Shown here piece after piece: positions 32,808-44,416 of a DNA stretch of 64,000 bases. Below the pieces are notes generated by a model that did not search any database, was not told the origin of the DNA, and worked only from the letters and a program-made list of their open reading frames with translations. Where the stretch lies: positions 15,902 through 79,901 of the forward strand of contig CAVSLU010000019.1 of assembly GCA_963728645.1 (NCBI GenBank). The letters run 5' to 3'. This DNA comes from an uncultured Alphaproteobacteria bacterium (GTDB lineage: Bacteria; Pseudomonadota; Alphaproteobacteria; Rhodobacterales; Rhodobacteraceae). The translations under genes were made by a program, and so were the position numbers. Numbering within the stretch: position 1 is the first letter of the stretch; the number at the start of each line of letters is the position of its first letter.

Positions 32808-34003
32808 GCGCGCACCGCCCAACCGGCGGCATGTTGCCCCGCCCATCGGCCTGTCGCAAGGCAGGCCGATATCAGGTAGCCGCCCGTCGGGGCCTCCCAA
32901 TCCAGCATCTCGCCTGCGATGAAAACACCGGGGCGCTGACGCAGCATCAGCGTTTCGTCCACCGCGTCAAAGCTGACACCCCCGGCGGTCGAGATCGCCT
33001 GATCCATCGGGCGAAGCCCCGAATGTGCGAGGGGCAACGCCTTGAGCAGGCGCGCCAACGCCCTGGGCTCTGTCGGCAGGGGGCGGGCCATTTCCTGAAG
33101 CAGCGCGATCTTGCCCCCCTCGAGCTTGAGCGTTTTGCGCAAATAATTTGCCATGCTCATCTTGCCACGCGACTTTGCCAGCTTGTCGGCCAGCTTTTCC
33201 ACGCTTTGATCGGGCAGCAGATCCAGCATCAGCGGATGGCCTTCGCGCACGCCGCGCGACACGGTGTAGATACCACCGCCTTCCAGCCCTTGCGCGGATA
33301 TCACCGCTTCGCCCCGCGAACGATACGGTCCGGATTTCAGCGCAATCGCCTTGAGCGCGGCCCCGAAATGCGTGTTCATATGGGGCGACCAGTCCACCGC
33401 GATGCCCGCGTTGGCAGGTGCAAAGCGGGCAATGGCAATCTCGGGTGCAAGGATCTGCGACCATGCGCCGGTCGACCCAAGCCGCGCCCAGCTGGCCCCG
33501 CCCATCGCCAGAACCGTCACCTGAGCCGTCAGAACAGCGGGGCCATCCGGCGTGTCGAATGCCAACGCACCATCCTGCCAGCCGGTCCAGCGCCAGCGGG
33601 TGTTAAAGGTCACACCTGCCTCAGCCAACCGCGCAAGCCATGCCCGCAACAGGGGTGACGCCTTCATGACCGTCGGAAAGACCCGCCCGGTTGAGCCCGT
33701 GAAAAGCGTCTGGCCCAGACCCGTGGCCCATTTATGCACTGCAGCGGCGTCAAATGCTGCAAGGATCGGCTGCAAGCGCGGGCGGGCGTCGGTAAACGCG
33801 TTGAGGAAGGCTTCGGTGTCTTCGACCTTGGTCAGGTTCAAGCCGGATTTCCCCGCCATCAGAAACTTTCGCCCCACCGATGGTTTGTGATCGCACACGG
33901 TGACGGCCAGCCCCGCCGCCCCCAGCATTTCAGCCGCCATCAGGCCCGCAGGCCCTGCGCCGATGACAACGGCGTGGGCCGCGTTTGACGTTTCAGTGGT
34001 CAT
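32804..34003 (-). CDS. HI0933/BaiN-like flavoprotein
   Basis: IGAGPAGLMAA, GRKFLMAGKSGLNLT, AISTAGGV, GEMLDWEAPTGGYL. Confidence 0.88.
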   Translation of the reverse strand: MTTETSNAAHAVVIGAGPAGLMAAEMLGAAGLAVTVCDHKPSVGRKFLMAGKSGLNLTKVEDTEAFLNAFTDARPRLQPILAAFDAAAVHKWATGLGQTLFTGSTGRVFPTVMKASPLLRAWLARLAEAGVTFNTRWRWTGWQDGALAFDTPDGPAVLTAQVTVLAMGGASWARLGSTGAWSQILAPEIAIARFAPANAGIAVDWSPHMNTHFGAALKAIALKSGPYRSRGEAVISAQGLEGGGIYTVSRGVREGHPLMLDLLPDQSVEKLADKLAKSRGKMSMANYLRKTLKLEGGKIALLQEMARPLPTEPRALARLLKALPLAHSGLRPMDQAISTAGGVSFDAVDETLMLRQRPGVFIAGEMLDWEAPTGGYLISACLATGRWAGQHAAGWAVRA

Positions 34004-34038
34004 CAAGGGTTCCCTCGGGGGTTCTTGCGAGCCGCGTG

Positions 34039-34689
34039 TTAGCGCAGGGGCTGAACTGCGGTGTCGGCCACAGCAGGCACCGGCGCACACATCGCCTTGA
34101 TCGCACCGGCAATTTCAGGCGAGGCGGCAATGGTGTCCTGGGCAATTTCATATGCAGTGGCAATCAGACTGTCCGCCTCGACGATCCGTTCGATCAACCC
34201 GAAAGTCAAAGCGTCTTGCGCCGTGATTTTTTGCCCGCCCATCAAGATCAGCTTGGTGCGCGCGGGCCCGATCAGCGCGGCCATACGCGCCGGATCGCTG
34301 GGTTGCGGCAAATATCCCAGCTTCATGACCGGATAAAAGAACTTGGCCGCCGGCACCGCGATACGCAGATCACTGGCCAGCGCCATGCCCATCGCACCCC
34401 CTGCAAGGGTGCCGTTCATCGCACAAATGCTCAGGCCCGGCAGCGCCGCGATGGCCCCCGACAGACGCTCCCAGATGTCAGAGGTCGCAAGCCCGGCGCG
34501 GGCCTCCTCCAGATCGGCACCCGCGCTAAAAACCTTGCCCACGCCCGTCAGGATCACGGCCCGCGCGGCCTGGGCGTCCTCCATGAATACGGCAAGGTCG
34601 ACCAGCATGTCATGGGTCAGGGAATTGGCCTTGTCCGGCCGGTTTATTGTGGCTGTCCAGATATCGCCATCTCGCGAAACGTCTATCAT
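34039..34689 (-). CDS. Enoyl-CoA hydratase/isomerase family protein
   Basis: INRPDKANSL, FSAGADL, GGAMGMALASDLR. Confidence 0.88.
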   Translation of the reverse strand: MIDVSRDGDIWTATINRPDKANSLTHDMLVDLAVFMEDAQAARAVILTGVGKVFSAGADLEEARAGLATSDIWERLSGAIAALPGLSICAMNGTLAGGAMGMALASDLRIAVPAAKFFYPVMKLGYLPQPSDPARMAALIGPARTKLILMGGQKITAQDALTFGLIERIVEADSLIATAYEIAQDTIAASPEIAGAIKAMCAPVPAVADTAVQPLR

Positions 34690-35435
34690 ACCAAACCTAT
34701 CTCATTGCGGATGTCGTCGTCGCGCAGCGATATTTCATCGCCGCAGAATCTGTCTGCGGCGGGGCTGCACATCCACAGCAGGGCGCGGGCGGGCCAGTCG
34801 GCGGGAATGTGATCTTCCCAGGCCAACTGGCTGACGGGATTGACCCCGCTTGCCTTGATCTCGCGTTGCATCTGGGTTGCGACGGTGCCCGGCGACAGGC
34901 CAATGGCGCGGATGCCGTTTGCGCCTTCTTCCAGATGCACGGAACGGCCAAGCATGTTGACGGCAGCCTTGGACGCGCAATAGTGGCTCCAAGCCTCGAT
35001 GGCGTGATGTGCGGCACCCGAGCTGATCGTCAGGATCGACCCCCCGCCCGCGTCTTTCATCACCGGCAAGACCGCGCGGATGCCGTTGTAGACGCCCTTG
35101 AGGTTGATATCGATCACCTGCCCCCACTCGTCAGGGTCGGATGTGACCAGATGAGAGATCGGTTCGATCACGCCCGCGTTGTTGATCAGCACGTCAAGGC
35201 CACCGAAGGCCCGTACAGCAGTGGCCACCGCCGATGACATTTCGCCAAAGCGGGCCACATTGCAGGGGATCGCGATGGCCGTTTTCCCGATCTCGCCCGC
35301 CAGATCACCAATCGCGTCTTGCGACCTTGCAAGCAAGACGACATTCGCGCCCGCTTTTGCAAAGACACGCGCCGTTTCGGCACCTATCCCACGGCTTGCG
35401 CCGGTGATCATGACGGTTTTTCCTGTCATATCCAT
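34686..35435 (-). CDS. Short-chain dehydrogenase/reductase
   Basis: TGASRGIG, NNAG, YCASK. Confidence 0.92.
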   Translation of the reverse strand: MDMTGKTVMITGASRGIGAETARVFAKAGANVVLLARSQDAIGDLAGEIGKTAIAIPCNVARFGEMSSAVATAVRAFGGLDVLINNAGVIEPISHLVTSDPDEWGQVIDINLKGVYNGIRAVLPVMKDAGGGSILTISSGAAHHAIEAWSHYCASKAAVNMLGRSVHLEEGANGIRAIGLSPGTVATQMQREIKASGVNPVSQLAWEDHIPADWPARALLWMCSPAADRFCGDEISLRDDDIRNEIGLV

Positions 35436-35708
35436 CTGATGCGGTCCTTTCCTGAATGACCGGGCCTTGATAGCCTCGTCGTAAATTGGCCCTGCATTAC
35501 CCGTCCTTGACCTTGGCAATCGGGCTTGAGATCCTGACCCAATATCTAGCAACACCATACAAAGAGGCCAGCCAAAAGCCCACCTTATCCATGAAACTTC
35601 GCGAAACGGTGACTGCGCCTTTGCCTTGTATCCCAAAGGATGGCACTTAACTGTCAAAGGTTATGCTTGAAAAGGCGTCGCCGTGACGTTCGACAAAGGA
35701 TTTTCAGA

Positions 35709-37247
35709 ATGAATAAATTTACACCCCTTCTGGGCAGCGCCACCTTTGGCATGATATTTTTCTCGCAAAGTGTTCTGGCGGATGTGACACCCGGCGATGT
35801 CTGGCAGGACTGGCGCGATTACATGCAAGGGATGGGCTATGGCCTGACCGCAACAGAGAACATTTCGGGGGATACGCTGGCCGTTAGCGATGTGCAGATG
35901 GATCTGGTTCAGGATGCCGACAAGGGCGAAGTGTCAGTCTCGCTCGGCACGCTCAGCTTTGTGCAGAACGCGGATGGCACCGTTTCCGTGGTGATGCCCG
36001 ATGCGTTGCCCGTTGTGATCGATGTCACACCCACCGGCCCCCAGGCAAAGCCCGTGCGCATGTCTTTGACGCTTACGCAATCAGGGCAGGATATGACCAT
36101 CAGCGGCACACCCGCCAACATGACAAGCACCTATGCGGCAGACACGATGGGCCTGACGCTTGATCAGCTTATGGTGGACAACGAAACGTTTGACGCGTCA
36201 AACGCGATGTTCACCCTTCTGCTGAAGGATGTTCAAAACACCACTGAAACGACCCTGAGCGGGATGCGCGACTATGCACAGACCAGCACTGTGGGGTCCG
36301 CAACCTATGAAATGCGGTTCAAGAACCCCGAAGAACCGGCAGTCGCGACCATTTCGGGCACCTCGTCCGACCTGCGCCTGAAGGCCGGTGGCGTCTTGCC
36401 GCTTGGCCTTGCGCAGGTCGGCGACATGGCGGCCCTTCTCAAGGCGGGCATGGACGTGGCGGGCACCATCTCAGGCGGAAACAGCACACTTACGCTGGAT
36501 GTCGAAGACCCCAAGAACGGCAACATGGCCGCTGCCTTCGCCTCGCAAAGCAGCACGCTGAAGGTGGAAACCAGCGCCGATGGCCTAAGCTATGCCGGGA
36601 CACGGCAAGGCATGACCGCGTCGATCCAACCGCCCGAATTCCCCTTCCTTTTGTCGTTCGCGATGGATAGCGCCGCCTTTAACCTAAGTGCGCCGGTGAT
36701 GAAGTCGGACGACCCGCAGGATTTTGCGCTTGGCCTGAACCTCAATGATTTCACCCTCTCGGACATGATCTGGGGCATGATCAATCCGCAGGAAACCTTG
36801 CCGCGCGACCCCGCTTCGTTGGCGTTGGACCTGACGGGAAAGGTGACACTGCTGACGGATTACTTTGACCCGAACGCGACCGCGCAGATGGCAGAAGACG
36901 GCAACCTGCCTGGCAATCTGGAAAGCGTTGCCCTTAATTCGCTGATCGTTGATGCGCTTGGTGCCAAGCTGACGGGGAATGGCCAGGCAACGTTTGACAA
37001 CGCAGCCGCCGATGCCGCACCCGGCACGTTGTCGCCCGTCGGCGCGATCGACCTCAAGCTGGTCGGCGGCAACAAACTGCTTGAGACGCTGACCAACTCG
37101 GGCTTGCTGCCGCCGCAGGCTGCGATGGGTGCGCGGATGATGATGGGGATGTTCGCCGTCCCGGCAGAGGCCGAGGATACATTGACATCAAAGCTGGAAT
37201 TCACCCGCTCGGGCGCAATTCTGGCGAACGGGCAGCGGATCAAATAG
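35709..37247 (+). CDS. Exported DUF2125-like protein
   Basis: Signal peptide, ADVTPGDVWQDW start and GAILANGQRIK end typical of this Rhodobacteraceae family. Confidence 0.7.
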   Translation: MNKFTPLLGSATFGMIFFSQSVLADVTPGDVWQDWRDYMQGMGYGLTATENISGDTLAVSDVQMDLVQDADKGEVSVSLGTLSFVQNADGTVSVVMPDALPVVIDVTPTGPQAKPVRMSLTLTQSGQDMTISGTPANMTSTYAADTMGLTLDQLMVDNETFDASNAMFTLLLKDVQNTTETTLSGMRDYAQTSTVGSATYEMRFKNPEEPAVATISGTSSDLRLKAGGVLPLGLAQVGDMAALLKAGMDVAGTISGGNSTLTLDVEDPKNGNMAAAFASQSSTLKVETSADGLSYAGTRQGMTASIQPPEFPFLLSFAMDSAAFNLSAPVMKSDDPQDFALGLNLNDFTLSDMIWGMINPQETLPRDPASLALDLTGKVTLLTDYFDPNATAQMAEDGNLPGNLESVALNSLIVDALGAKLTGNGQATFDNAAADAAPGTLSPVGAIDLKLVGGNKLLETLTNSGLLPPQAAMGARMMMGMFAVPAEAEDTLTSKLEFTRSGAILANGQRIK

Positions 37248-37337
37248 GCACATCCGCGCTCACCCATATCACCATGCGTCCCTTGCAGACCGGCAACCGG
37301 ACCGCTAGCTGTCGCCAGACCCTTGAAGGAGCCTTTC

Positions 37338-38684
37338 ATGTCGCAGGCCATTGATGCGTTGACCAAAGCGTTGTTACACGCAGCCAGACAGGCCGGTGCC
37401 GACAGCGCCGATGCGATGGCCGTGCGCGGCACGTCTGTCAGGATCGATGTGCGCGGTGGGGCGCTGGAAAAAGCCGAGCGCGCGGAAGGTGTGGACATCG
37501 GTCTGCGTGTCTTTGTGGGAAAGCGGTCCGCCAATGTGTCGGCCTCCGACACGTCGGAGCGTACAATCGACGAAATGGCATTCCGCGCGGTTGCGATGGC
37601 CAAGGAAGCCCCAGAGGATCCATTTGTCGGCCTGGCCGAGCCGGATCAATTGGCGACCGACTGGAACATCGACGCGCTTGAGTTGCATGACCCCGGCGCT
37701 GAACCCTCGCCCGAAACCCTTCAGGAAGATGCCGCCCGTGCCGAAGCGGCGGGGCTTTCCGTCAAGGGCGTGTCGCAAATACAGTCGGCCAGTGCAGGCT
37801 ATGGCGCGCAGCAGGTGTATCTGGCGGCCAGCAACGGGTTTGCGGGCGGATACCGCCGCACCGATCGCGGGCTGTCTTGCGTGGCGATAGCAGGCACCGG
37901 CACGAAGATGGAGCGGGACTATGACGGGGACAGCCGCATCTTTCAGGCCGATCTGCGCAGCCCCGAAGACATCGGCACATCTGCGGGTGAACGTGCGCTG
38001 AGCCGACTGGATGCGCGCAAACCGCGTACCGGAACCTACCCGGTCCTTTTTGACGAACGAATTTCCTCTGGCCTGATCGGCCATCTTCTGGCGGCGGTCA
38101 GCGGCAGCGCCATCGCACGCGGCGCATCCTGGCTGCGCGACGCAATGGGCGAACAGGTGCTTCCCAAAGGCCTGTCCATTCTCGAAGATCCGCACCGCCC
38201 CCGCACATCGGGGTCGCGGCCCTTTGATGGGGAAGGTTTGCCCACACGCAAACGCCTGATCGTGGATGACGGAACGTTGAAAGGCTGGACACTTGATCTG
38301 GCCACGGCGCGCAAGTTGGGCATGCCCCCCACGGGCAACGCCGCCAGAGGCACCGGATCAAACCCCGGCCCTGCAACATGGAACATCATGTTGACCCAAG
38401 GCGATGCCACGCGCGACGATCTGATACGACAGATGGGAACCGGCTTGTTGGTGACGTCGATGATCGGGTCGACGATCAACCCCAACACAGGCGATTATTC
38501 ACGCGGGGCCGCCGGTCTGTGGGTCGAAAACGGCGAGATTACGCATGCGGTGAACGAATGCACCATCGCAGGCAACCTGCGAGAGATGCTGGGCAGCATC
38601 GTGCCTGCCAACGATGGACGCCCCCACCTTAGCCGCGTTGTGCCATCCTTGCTGATACCGGGGATGACCATTGCCGGCGCATGA
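37338..38684 (+). CDS. pmbA: TldD/PmbA family protein (PmbA/TldE)
   Basis: GSRPFDGEG, NTGDYSRGAAG, TIAGNL; no HExxH motif, hence PmbA type. Confidence 0.85.
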   Translation: MSQAIDALTKALLHAARQAGADSADAMAVRGTSVRIDVRGGALEKAERAEGVDIGLRVFVGKRSANVSASDTSERTIDEMAFRAVAMAKEAPEDPFVGLAEPDQLATDWNIDALELHDPGAEPSPETLQEDAARAEAAGLSVKGVSQIQSASAGYGAQQVYLAASNGFAGGYRRTDRGLSCVAIAGTGTKMERDYDGDSRIFQADLRSPEDIGTSAGERALSRLDARKPRTGTYPVLFDERISSGLIGHLLAAVSGSAIARGASWLRDAMGEQVLPKGLSILEDPHRPRTSGSRPFDGEGLPTRKRLIVDDGTLKGWTLDLATARKLGMPPTGNAARGTGSNPGPATWNIMLTQGDATRDDLIRQMGTGLLVTSMIGSTINPNTGDYSRGAAGLWVENGEITHAVNECTIAGNLREMLGSIVPANDGRPHLSRVVPSLLIPGMTIAGA

Positions 38685-39450
38685 TCTGGACCTGTTGATC
38701 GCGTGCGCGCGCGAAATCGGGCGAGGTCGCGTCGTCATTTACCGGCCCGACGGCCAAACGCTGGGACAAGCCCGGCGATGCGGGCCCGGTGACCGAGGCC
38801 GATCTGGCCGTCAACGCGATGCTTCACGAAACCTTGCGGGGCGCGCGGCCTGACTATGGCTGGCTTTCCGAAGAAAGCAACGACAGCGCCGCCAGACTGG
38901 ACCGCTCGCGGGTTTTCATCATTGATCCGATCGACGGCACCCGCAGCTTCATCGAAGGGTCCGATACATGGTCCCATTCGCTTGCCGTGGCCGAGAATGG
39001 CAGGATCACGGCGGCGGTCGTGTATCTGCCCATGCTCGACCGGCTTTTTGCGGCGGCCTTGGGCGGCGGGGCCACGCTGAACGGTGAAAAGATCGGTGCG
39101 ACGGCCGCGCAGGGGCTGGGTGACGCGACCGTTTTGGCCACCAAGCCCGTCATGGCAGCGCATCATTGGGTGAGCGGCGATCCGGGTTTCAGGCGGGCGC
39201 ACCGTCCATCGCTGGCCTATCGGTTGGGGCTGGTGGCCAGGGGCGTTTTGACGCGATGGTCACCTTGCGCAAAAGCTGGGAATGGGACATCGCCGCCGGC
39301 GCGTTGATCGTGACCGAAGCGGGGGGCCTGTGCACCGACAGGACCGGTGCAGCGCTGCGCTTTAACAATGCCGATCCACGTCTGGACGGCGTGCTGGCGG
39401 GCGGTGCCGCGATCCACGCCGATCTACTCAGCAGCCTTGCCCCTGCCTGA
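38671..39450 (+). CDS. Inositol monophosphatase/CysQ family protein (frameshifts near 38720 and 39240)
   Basis: PVTEADLA, WLSEE, IIDPIDGTRSF and SWEWDIAAG split over three ORFs. Confidence 0.85.
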
Positions 39451-39503
39451 CGCAATGCCTTAGATAAGGCGACAGCCATCTCTTTGAACCAAAGGACCGC
39501 ATC

Positions 39504-39746
39504 ATGACCCAACGCCTGCACCTCGTCTTCGGCGGCGAGTTGGTTTCGCCGACCGGAACCGCATTCAAGAATGTGGATGACATTCATATGGTTGGCATCT
39601 TTCCAAATTATGCAACCGCCTATGACGCCTGGAAGAACGAGGCGCAGCGCACGGTGGACAACGCCCATACCCGCTATTTCATTGCCCACCTGCACCGCCT
39701 GCGCGACGAAGAGGCAGCCGCATCGTCAACCGAAGAACTCGGCTGA
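39504..39746 (+). CDS. DUF4170-like small protein
   Basis: QRLHLVFGGEL...AQRTVDNAHTRYFIAHLHRL. Confidence 0.8.
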   Translation: MTQRLHLVFGGELVSPTGTAFKNVDDIHMVGIFPNYATAYDAWKNEAQRTVDNAHTRYFIAHLHRLRDEEAAASSTEELG

Positions 39747-39754
39747 AACGACCG

Positions 39755-40984
39755 ATGTCCCGATCGCTTGGATTTGCGGCGTATCGCGCCTTTTCCGGGC
39801 GCGGCGGTGCTGCGGCTTTCTGTCCGGTGGCGGACCGTCCGGCGGATGCCCTGGTCTGGTGCCATGCGCCCGAACCCGGCAGTCTGCTGGCCATTCAGGA
39901 TCTCGCGTCCAGGCTATGCCGCAGCAGACCGGGCCTAAGTGTCCTGATCACTGTGCCGCTGACATCAAATGCAGCCGATCTGCCGCAGTCAGGCTCCGCT
40001 GAGGTGCTGATTGATGTCCTGCCAGAAGATCACCCCGCAAGTGTCGCCGCCTTTCTGAACCACTGGCAGCCCGAACCTGTGTATCTGGGCTTGGGGCCGG
40101 TTGCGCCCGAACCTGATCGTCGCCACGGCAAAGCGGAACTGTCCGCTGTTCCTGATCGATGCCGACAGTGATGGGTTCGACGGGCGTCGCGACCGTTGGC
40201 TGCGGGATCTGACGCGCGATCTGCTGTCGCATTTTGGGGCGATCATGGCACGCTCGCAAGCCGGATGCCAACGGTTGACCCGGCTGGGCATCGCCCGTGA
40301 CAAGATCGAGATTACGCCGGCTCTTCAGGCAGGCGGGCACGCGCTGCCCTGCACGAATCCGATCTGGCGGATCTGTCGGCGGCGCTGGTCGGTCGTCCGA
40401 TCTGGTTTGCCAATCAGGTCGCCGAGGAAGAGCTGGGAACGGTTTTGACAGCGCACCGTCAGGCGCTGCGCCTGTCGCACCGCCTGCTGCTGATCCTGCA
40501 TCCTGCCGATCCTGCGCTGACGGGCAAGTTTATCGACCGTATGGCGGATCTGGATTTCCGGGTGATACGATGGGGCGAGGCGGGCTTTCCCGATACGTCG
40601 ACCCAGGTGATGATCGCGGATGATCCTTCTGAAATCGGCTTGTTCTACCGTCTGGCACCCGTGTCCTTTCTCGGCAGTTCGCTGGTCAGCGACCGGGGCG
40701 GGTGCGACCCGTTCGAGGCCGCAGCCCTTGGGTCGGCGGTGCTTTATGGCCCAAAGGTCAGGCGGTTCTTGCCATTCTACACGCGTCTCGCCGCCGAAGG
40801 TGCGGCGCGCATCGTCAACGACGCAACCGCCCTTGGCACTGCCGTCAGCCGTCTGATCGCCCCCGATCAGACAGCGGTCATGGCCCATGCCGGGTGGGAT
40901 GTGATCAGCCGGGGGGCCGCTTTGACGGACAAGGTGATTGATCTGGTCCAGGACGCGCTTGATCAACAAGAGGCTGGCGGATGA
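39755..40984 (+). CDS. Kdo transferase WaaA/KdtA-like protein, divergent (frameshifts near 40075 and 40355)
   Basis: LVWCHA, FLNHWQP, GLFYRLAPVSFLGSSL..GGCDPFEAAALG; ATGA overlap with lpxK. Confidence 0.75.
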
Positions 40985-41974
40985 GACGTGCGCCGAAATT
41001 CTGGGATTTGCCAAGGCCCGACTGGCGCGCGCGGATGTTGCGCCCTCTGGGTGCGCTTTACGCCCGCGCGACGGCGCGGCGGCTGGCACATGGTACCCCG
41101 CTGAAGCTGGATATTCCGGTGGTCTGTGTCGGCAATATCAACGCGGGGGGTACAGGCAAGACACCCACGGTGATGGCCGTCGTCGAACATTTGCGCAACC
41201 GCTACCACACCCCTCATATCGTGTCGCGGGGGTACGGAGGGACTGAGAAAGGGCCGCTGCTGGTCGACCCCTCAAGACACACCGCCGCACGGGTCGGGGA
41301 CGAACCGCTGCTGCTTGCCGCATTTGCCGATGTCTGGGTCGCCCAAGACCGCGCCGAGGGTGCCCGCGCCGCCGCCGCCGCAGGGGCGAGCGTAATTGTG
41401 CTGGACGATGGATTTCAGAACCCCGCGCTTGGTTCAGGATCTGCGCATCGTTGTTGTCGACGCCGCCAAGGGTTTTGGCAACGGGCTGTGCCTGCCGGCG
41501 GGGCCCCTGCGTGAACCCGTAGCTACGGGGTTGGCGCGGGCCGATCTGCTGCTGTCAATCGGCGGGCCGGATGATCAGGCAGGCTTTGACATCGCACAGG
41601 TGCCAGCCCCCCTGCCCCATGTCCGCGCCGAGCTTGCGCCGCTGCAAACCGGCATGGATTGGGCCGACACCCGCGCCTTTGCATTTGCAGGCATCGGCCA
41701 CCCCGCGAAATTCTTTGCCACGTTGCGGCGTTTGGGCGCGACACTGGTGCACGCCGAGGCGCTGGAGGATCACCAGCCCCTGACCCCTGCGCTGATGACC
41801 CGACTTGAAAGGGATGCCGCCGCCAAAGGCGCGCAGCTTGTGACGACGGAAAAAGACGCCGTGCGCCTGCCCGCAGCCTTCCGGATGAAGGTCATCACGC
41901 TGCCCGTGCGTCTGAAACTGGCCGAGGATAACGCGCTATACGCCGCGCTGGACAGATTGCCAAAACCAGCATAG
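40981..41974 (+). CDS. lpxK: Tetraacyldisaccharide 4'-kinase (frameshift near 41430)
   Basis: [53 protein letters not shown]. Confidence 0.93.
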
Positions 41975-42015
41975 CGCGTCGACGCGTCTCAGAAAACGTG
42001 GGGACCGTTAAAGGA

Positions 42016-43127
42016 TCAGTCGTCTTCGCCAAGCTTTGGCGCAGGGCGATGCAGCGCCAACTCAGCGTCCGAGAACACGAAAGGCGACCGGATGCCCGGC
42101 ACACCGTCCAGCTCTACCCGCATGCCCCGTGCAATCACCTGAGGGTCGTTGAACATATCGGCCATGTCATTGATCGGCCCTGCCGGAACGCCCTTTTCCT
42201 CGCATGCCGCGAGCAGATCGTCGCGCGTCCGCAGACGGGTCGCACCGTTCAGACGGCGGATCATTTCGGGCCGGTTCGCCACCCGGTCAGAGTTCTTCGC
42301 ATAGTCGGCAGAGACCGCCATATCATCAAGCCCCAGCAACACGCACAACCGCTGGAACTGGCCGTCATTGCCCGTCGCGATGATAAGATGCCCGTCCGAC
42401 GTTTCAAACACCTCGTAGGGGGTAAGATTGGGGTGCGCGTTCCCCATCCGGGTAGGTGCCGTGCCGGTGGTGAGATAATTCATCGCCTGATTGCCCGTCA
42501 CCGCGACTGCACAATCCAGCAGCGCCATATCAATATGCTGGCCAACGCCTGTCTGGTTGCGCTGGTGCACAGCGGCCAGAATGGCCGTCGTCGCATAGAT
42601 GCCGGTGAAGATATCGGTAATTGCCATGCCGTGCTTTTGCGGCTGACGATCAGGCTCGCCCGTGATCGACATCAGGCCTGACATGCCCTGAATGATGAAA
42701 TCATAGCCCGCGCGGTGTGCATAGGGGCCGGTCTGTCCAAATCCGGTGATCGAACAATAGATCAGTTTGGGGAATTGCTTGGACAGGCTGGCATAGTCCA
42801 TCCCGTATTTCGCCAAGCCACCGGTCTTGAAATTCTCGATCAGGATGTCGGCGTCAGACAACAGCTCTTTCATTTTGGCCTGCCCGGTGTCGCTGGTCAG
42901 ATCGACCACGACCGACGCCTTGCCCCGATTGGCCGAATGAAAGTAAGACGCCGATTTATCCATCCCGCGCTCGATGAAGGGGGGCCCCATTGCCGCGTAT
43001 CGTCGCCCGCCGGGCTTTCAACCTTGATCACTTCGCAGCCCAGATCCGACAGCGTCTGGCCAGCCCAGGGGCCAGCCAGAATACGTGCCAGTTCAATCAC
43101 CTTGAGACCTGCCAGAGGGGCGGCCAT
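42016..43127 (-). CDS. CaiB/BaiF class III CoA transferase (frameshift near 42985)
   Basis: [49 protein letters not shown]. Confidence 0.9.
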
Positions 43128-43811
43128 CAGTTGGCCAATGCCTCTTCGATGATGCCCTTCATTTCCGGGTAGGGCATGTTCGAATACTTCTTGCCGTTGA
43201 TGATAAAGCTTGGCGTGCTGTCGATGTTGTCGGCCTTCTGGTTTTCTTCCCACCAGGCAACCAGCGTCTGCGCCTTTTCACCATCCTGAAGGCAGGCTTC
43301 CAACTTGTCGTTGTCGATCCCCGCGAGGCGTCCGATCTTACGCAGTTCGTCAACAATCGCGGAAGGCTCGCCCGCGCGGACCCATTCGGACTGACCGGCA
43401 TAGATCAAATCAGAGATACCAAAGAATTTCTCCTCACCGCCACACCGTGCGACCATTGAGGCCCACAAACCGAAGCGATCAAAATAGACTTCGCGGTACG
43501 TAAAGCCGATCTTGTCAGTGTCGATAAAATCCGCCTTCAACTGCTTGTACGGGACCTTGTTCGAACGCCGCGCAATGCGGACAGGTAAAGGACGCGTATT
43601 CGATGATCTGGACTTTGCTGTCGGGATTGCCGATCATCATGTCCTTGATCGTCGATGTATCGACTGCGGGTGCCTCTTGGGTCTGGGCGTTGGCCGCGCT
43701 GACCAGCGGCGCAAGCGACGTGCTTTGTGCGGCGTTGTTGCCGCTGAAGGCATACCAGCCACCAGCCGCCACGACGGCCACCGCCGCAAGAGTTGGAAAA
43801 ATGCGTTTCAT
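43127..43811 (-). CDS. DsbA-family thiol-disulfide oxidoreductase (frameshift near 43550)
   Basis: [10 protein letters not shown] and STPSFIING split over two ORFs. Confidence 0.88.
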
Positions 43812-43824
43812 CTGATTTCCTTTT

Positions 43825-44331
43825 TCAGCGTCTTGTCTTGTTCAATATGTTCTCGCCCAGACGTGCAAGGGCATCGCGCAAGGTTTCGTCGCCCATGACC
43901 CCCACAGTATCAATCGCACGTTGATGGAGCACTGGATCGGCGGCCGGTTCGGCGGTTTTGGGCCGGGCGCTAAACGCGACCTGCCCTTCGGCAAAGCCGG
44001 TCGCTGCCGTCTGAGTGACACGCACCCGCGCGATCGCGTTATAGCCGTAAACCGCGTTCACCTTGGCCCGCAGCTGTTCCTTTTGCATCTCAAGCATGGG
44101 GGCGTTCGCCCCCGTCGTCAGCAAGGTCAGCGTCGCGCCCATACCGCCACGACCATAGCTTACCTCGACCGGGCGCGAGATTGCCGATACCTCCTGGCCT
44201 ACGATCTCGGCCCATTGGGTCAGCAGACGCGATTGCGCAAAGCCACGGCTCTCGCTCGCCTGACGGATTTTGGCCGACAGTAAACTATCTGTGCGCTTGA
44301 AGCCTTTTGTGCTGGTACGCCGCAGAGGCAT
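43825..44331 (-). CDS. DUF721/DciA family protein
   Basis: GFAQSRLLTQWAEIVG...VNAVYGYNAIARVRVTQ; divergent from mutY as usual in alphaproteobacteria. Confidence 0.8.
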   Translation of the reverse strand: MPLRRTSTKGFKRTDSLLSAKIRQASESRGFAQSRLLTQWAEIVGQEVSAISRPVEVSYGRGGMGATLTLLTTGANAPMLEMQKEQLRAKVNAVYGYNAIARVRVTQTAATGFAEGQVAFSARPKTAEPAADPVLHQRAIDTVGVMGDETLRDALARLGENILNKTRR

Positions 44332-44416
44332 GACTATCTTTCCCCAATAACTCATCCCAACATAGCGATCCATCTGCATCATCGCCAGCCAAACCCCATC
44401 CGAGAGGCCATAAAGA

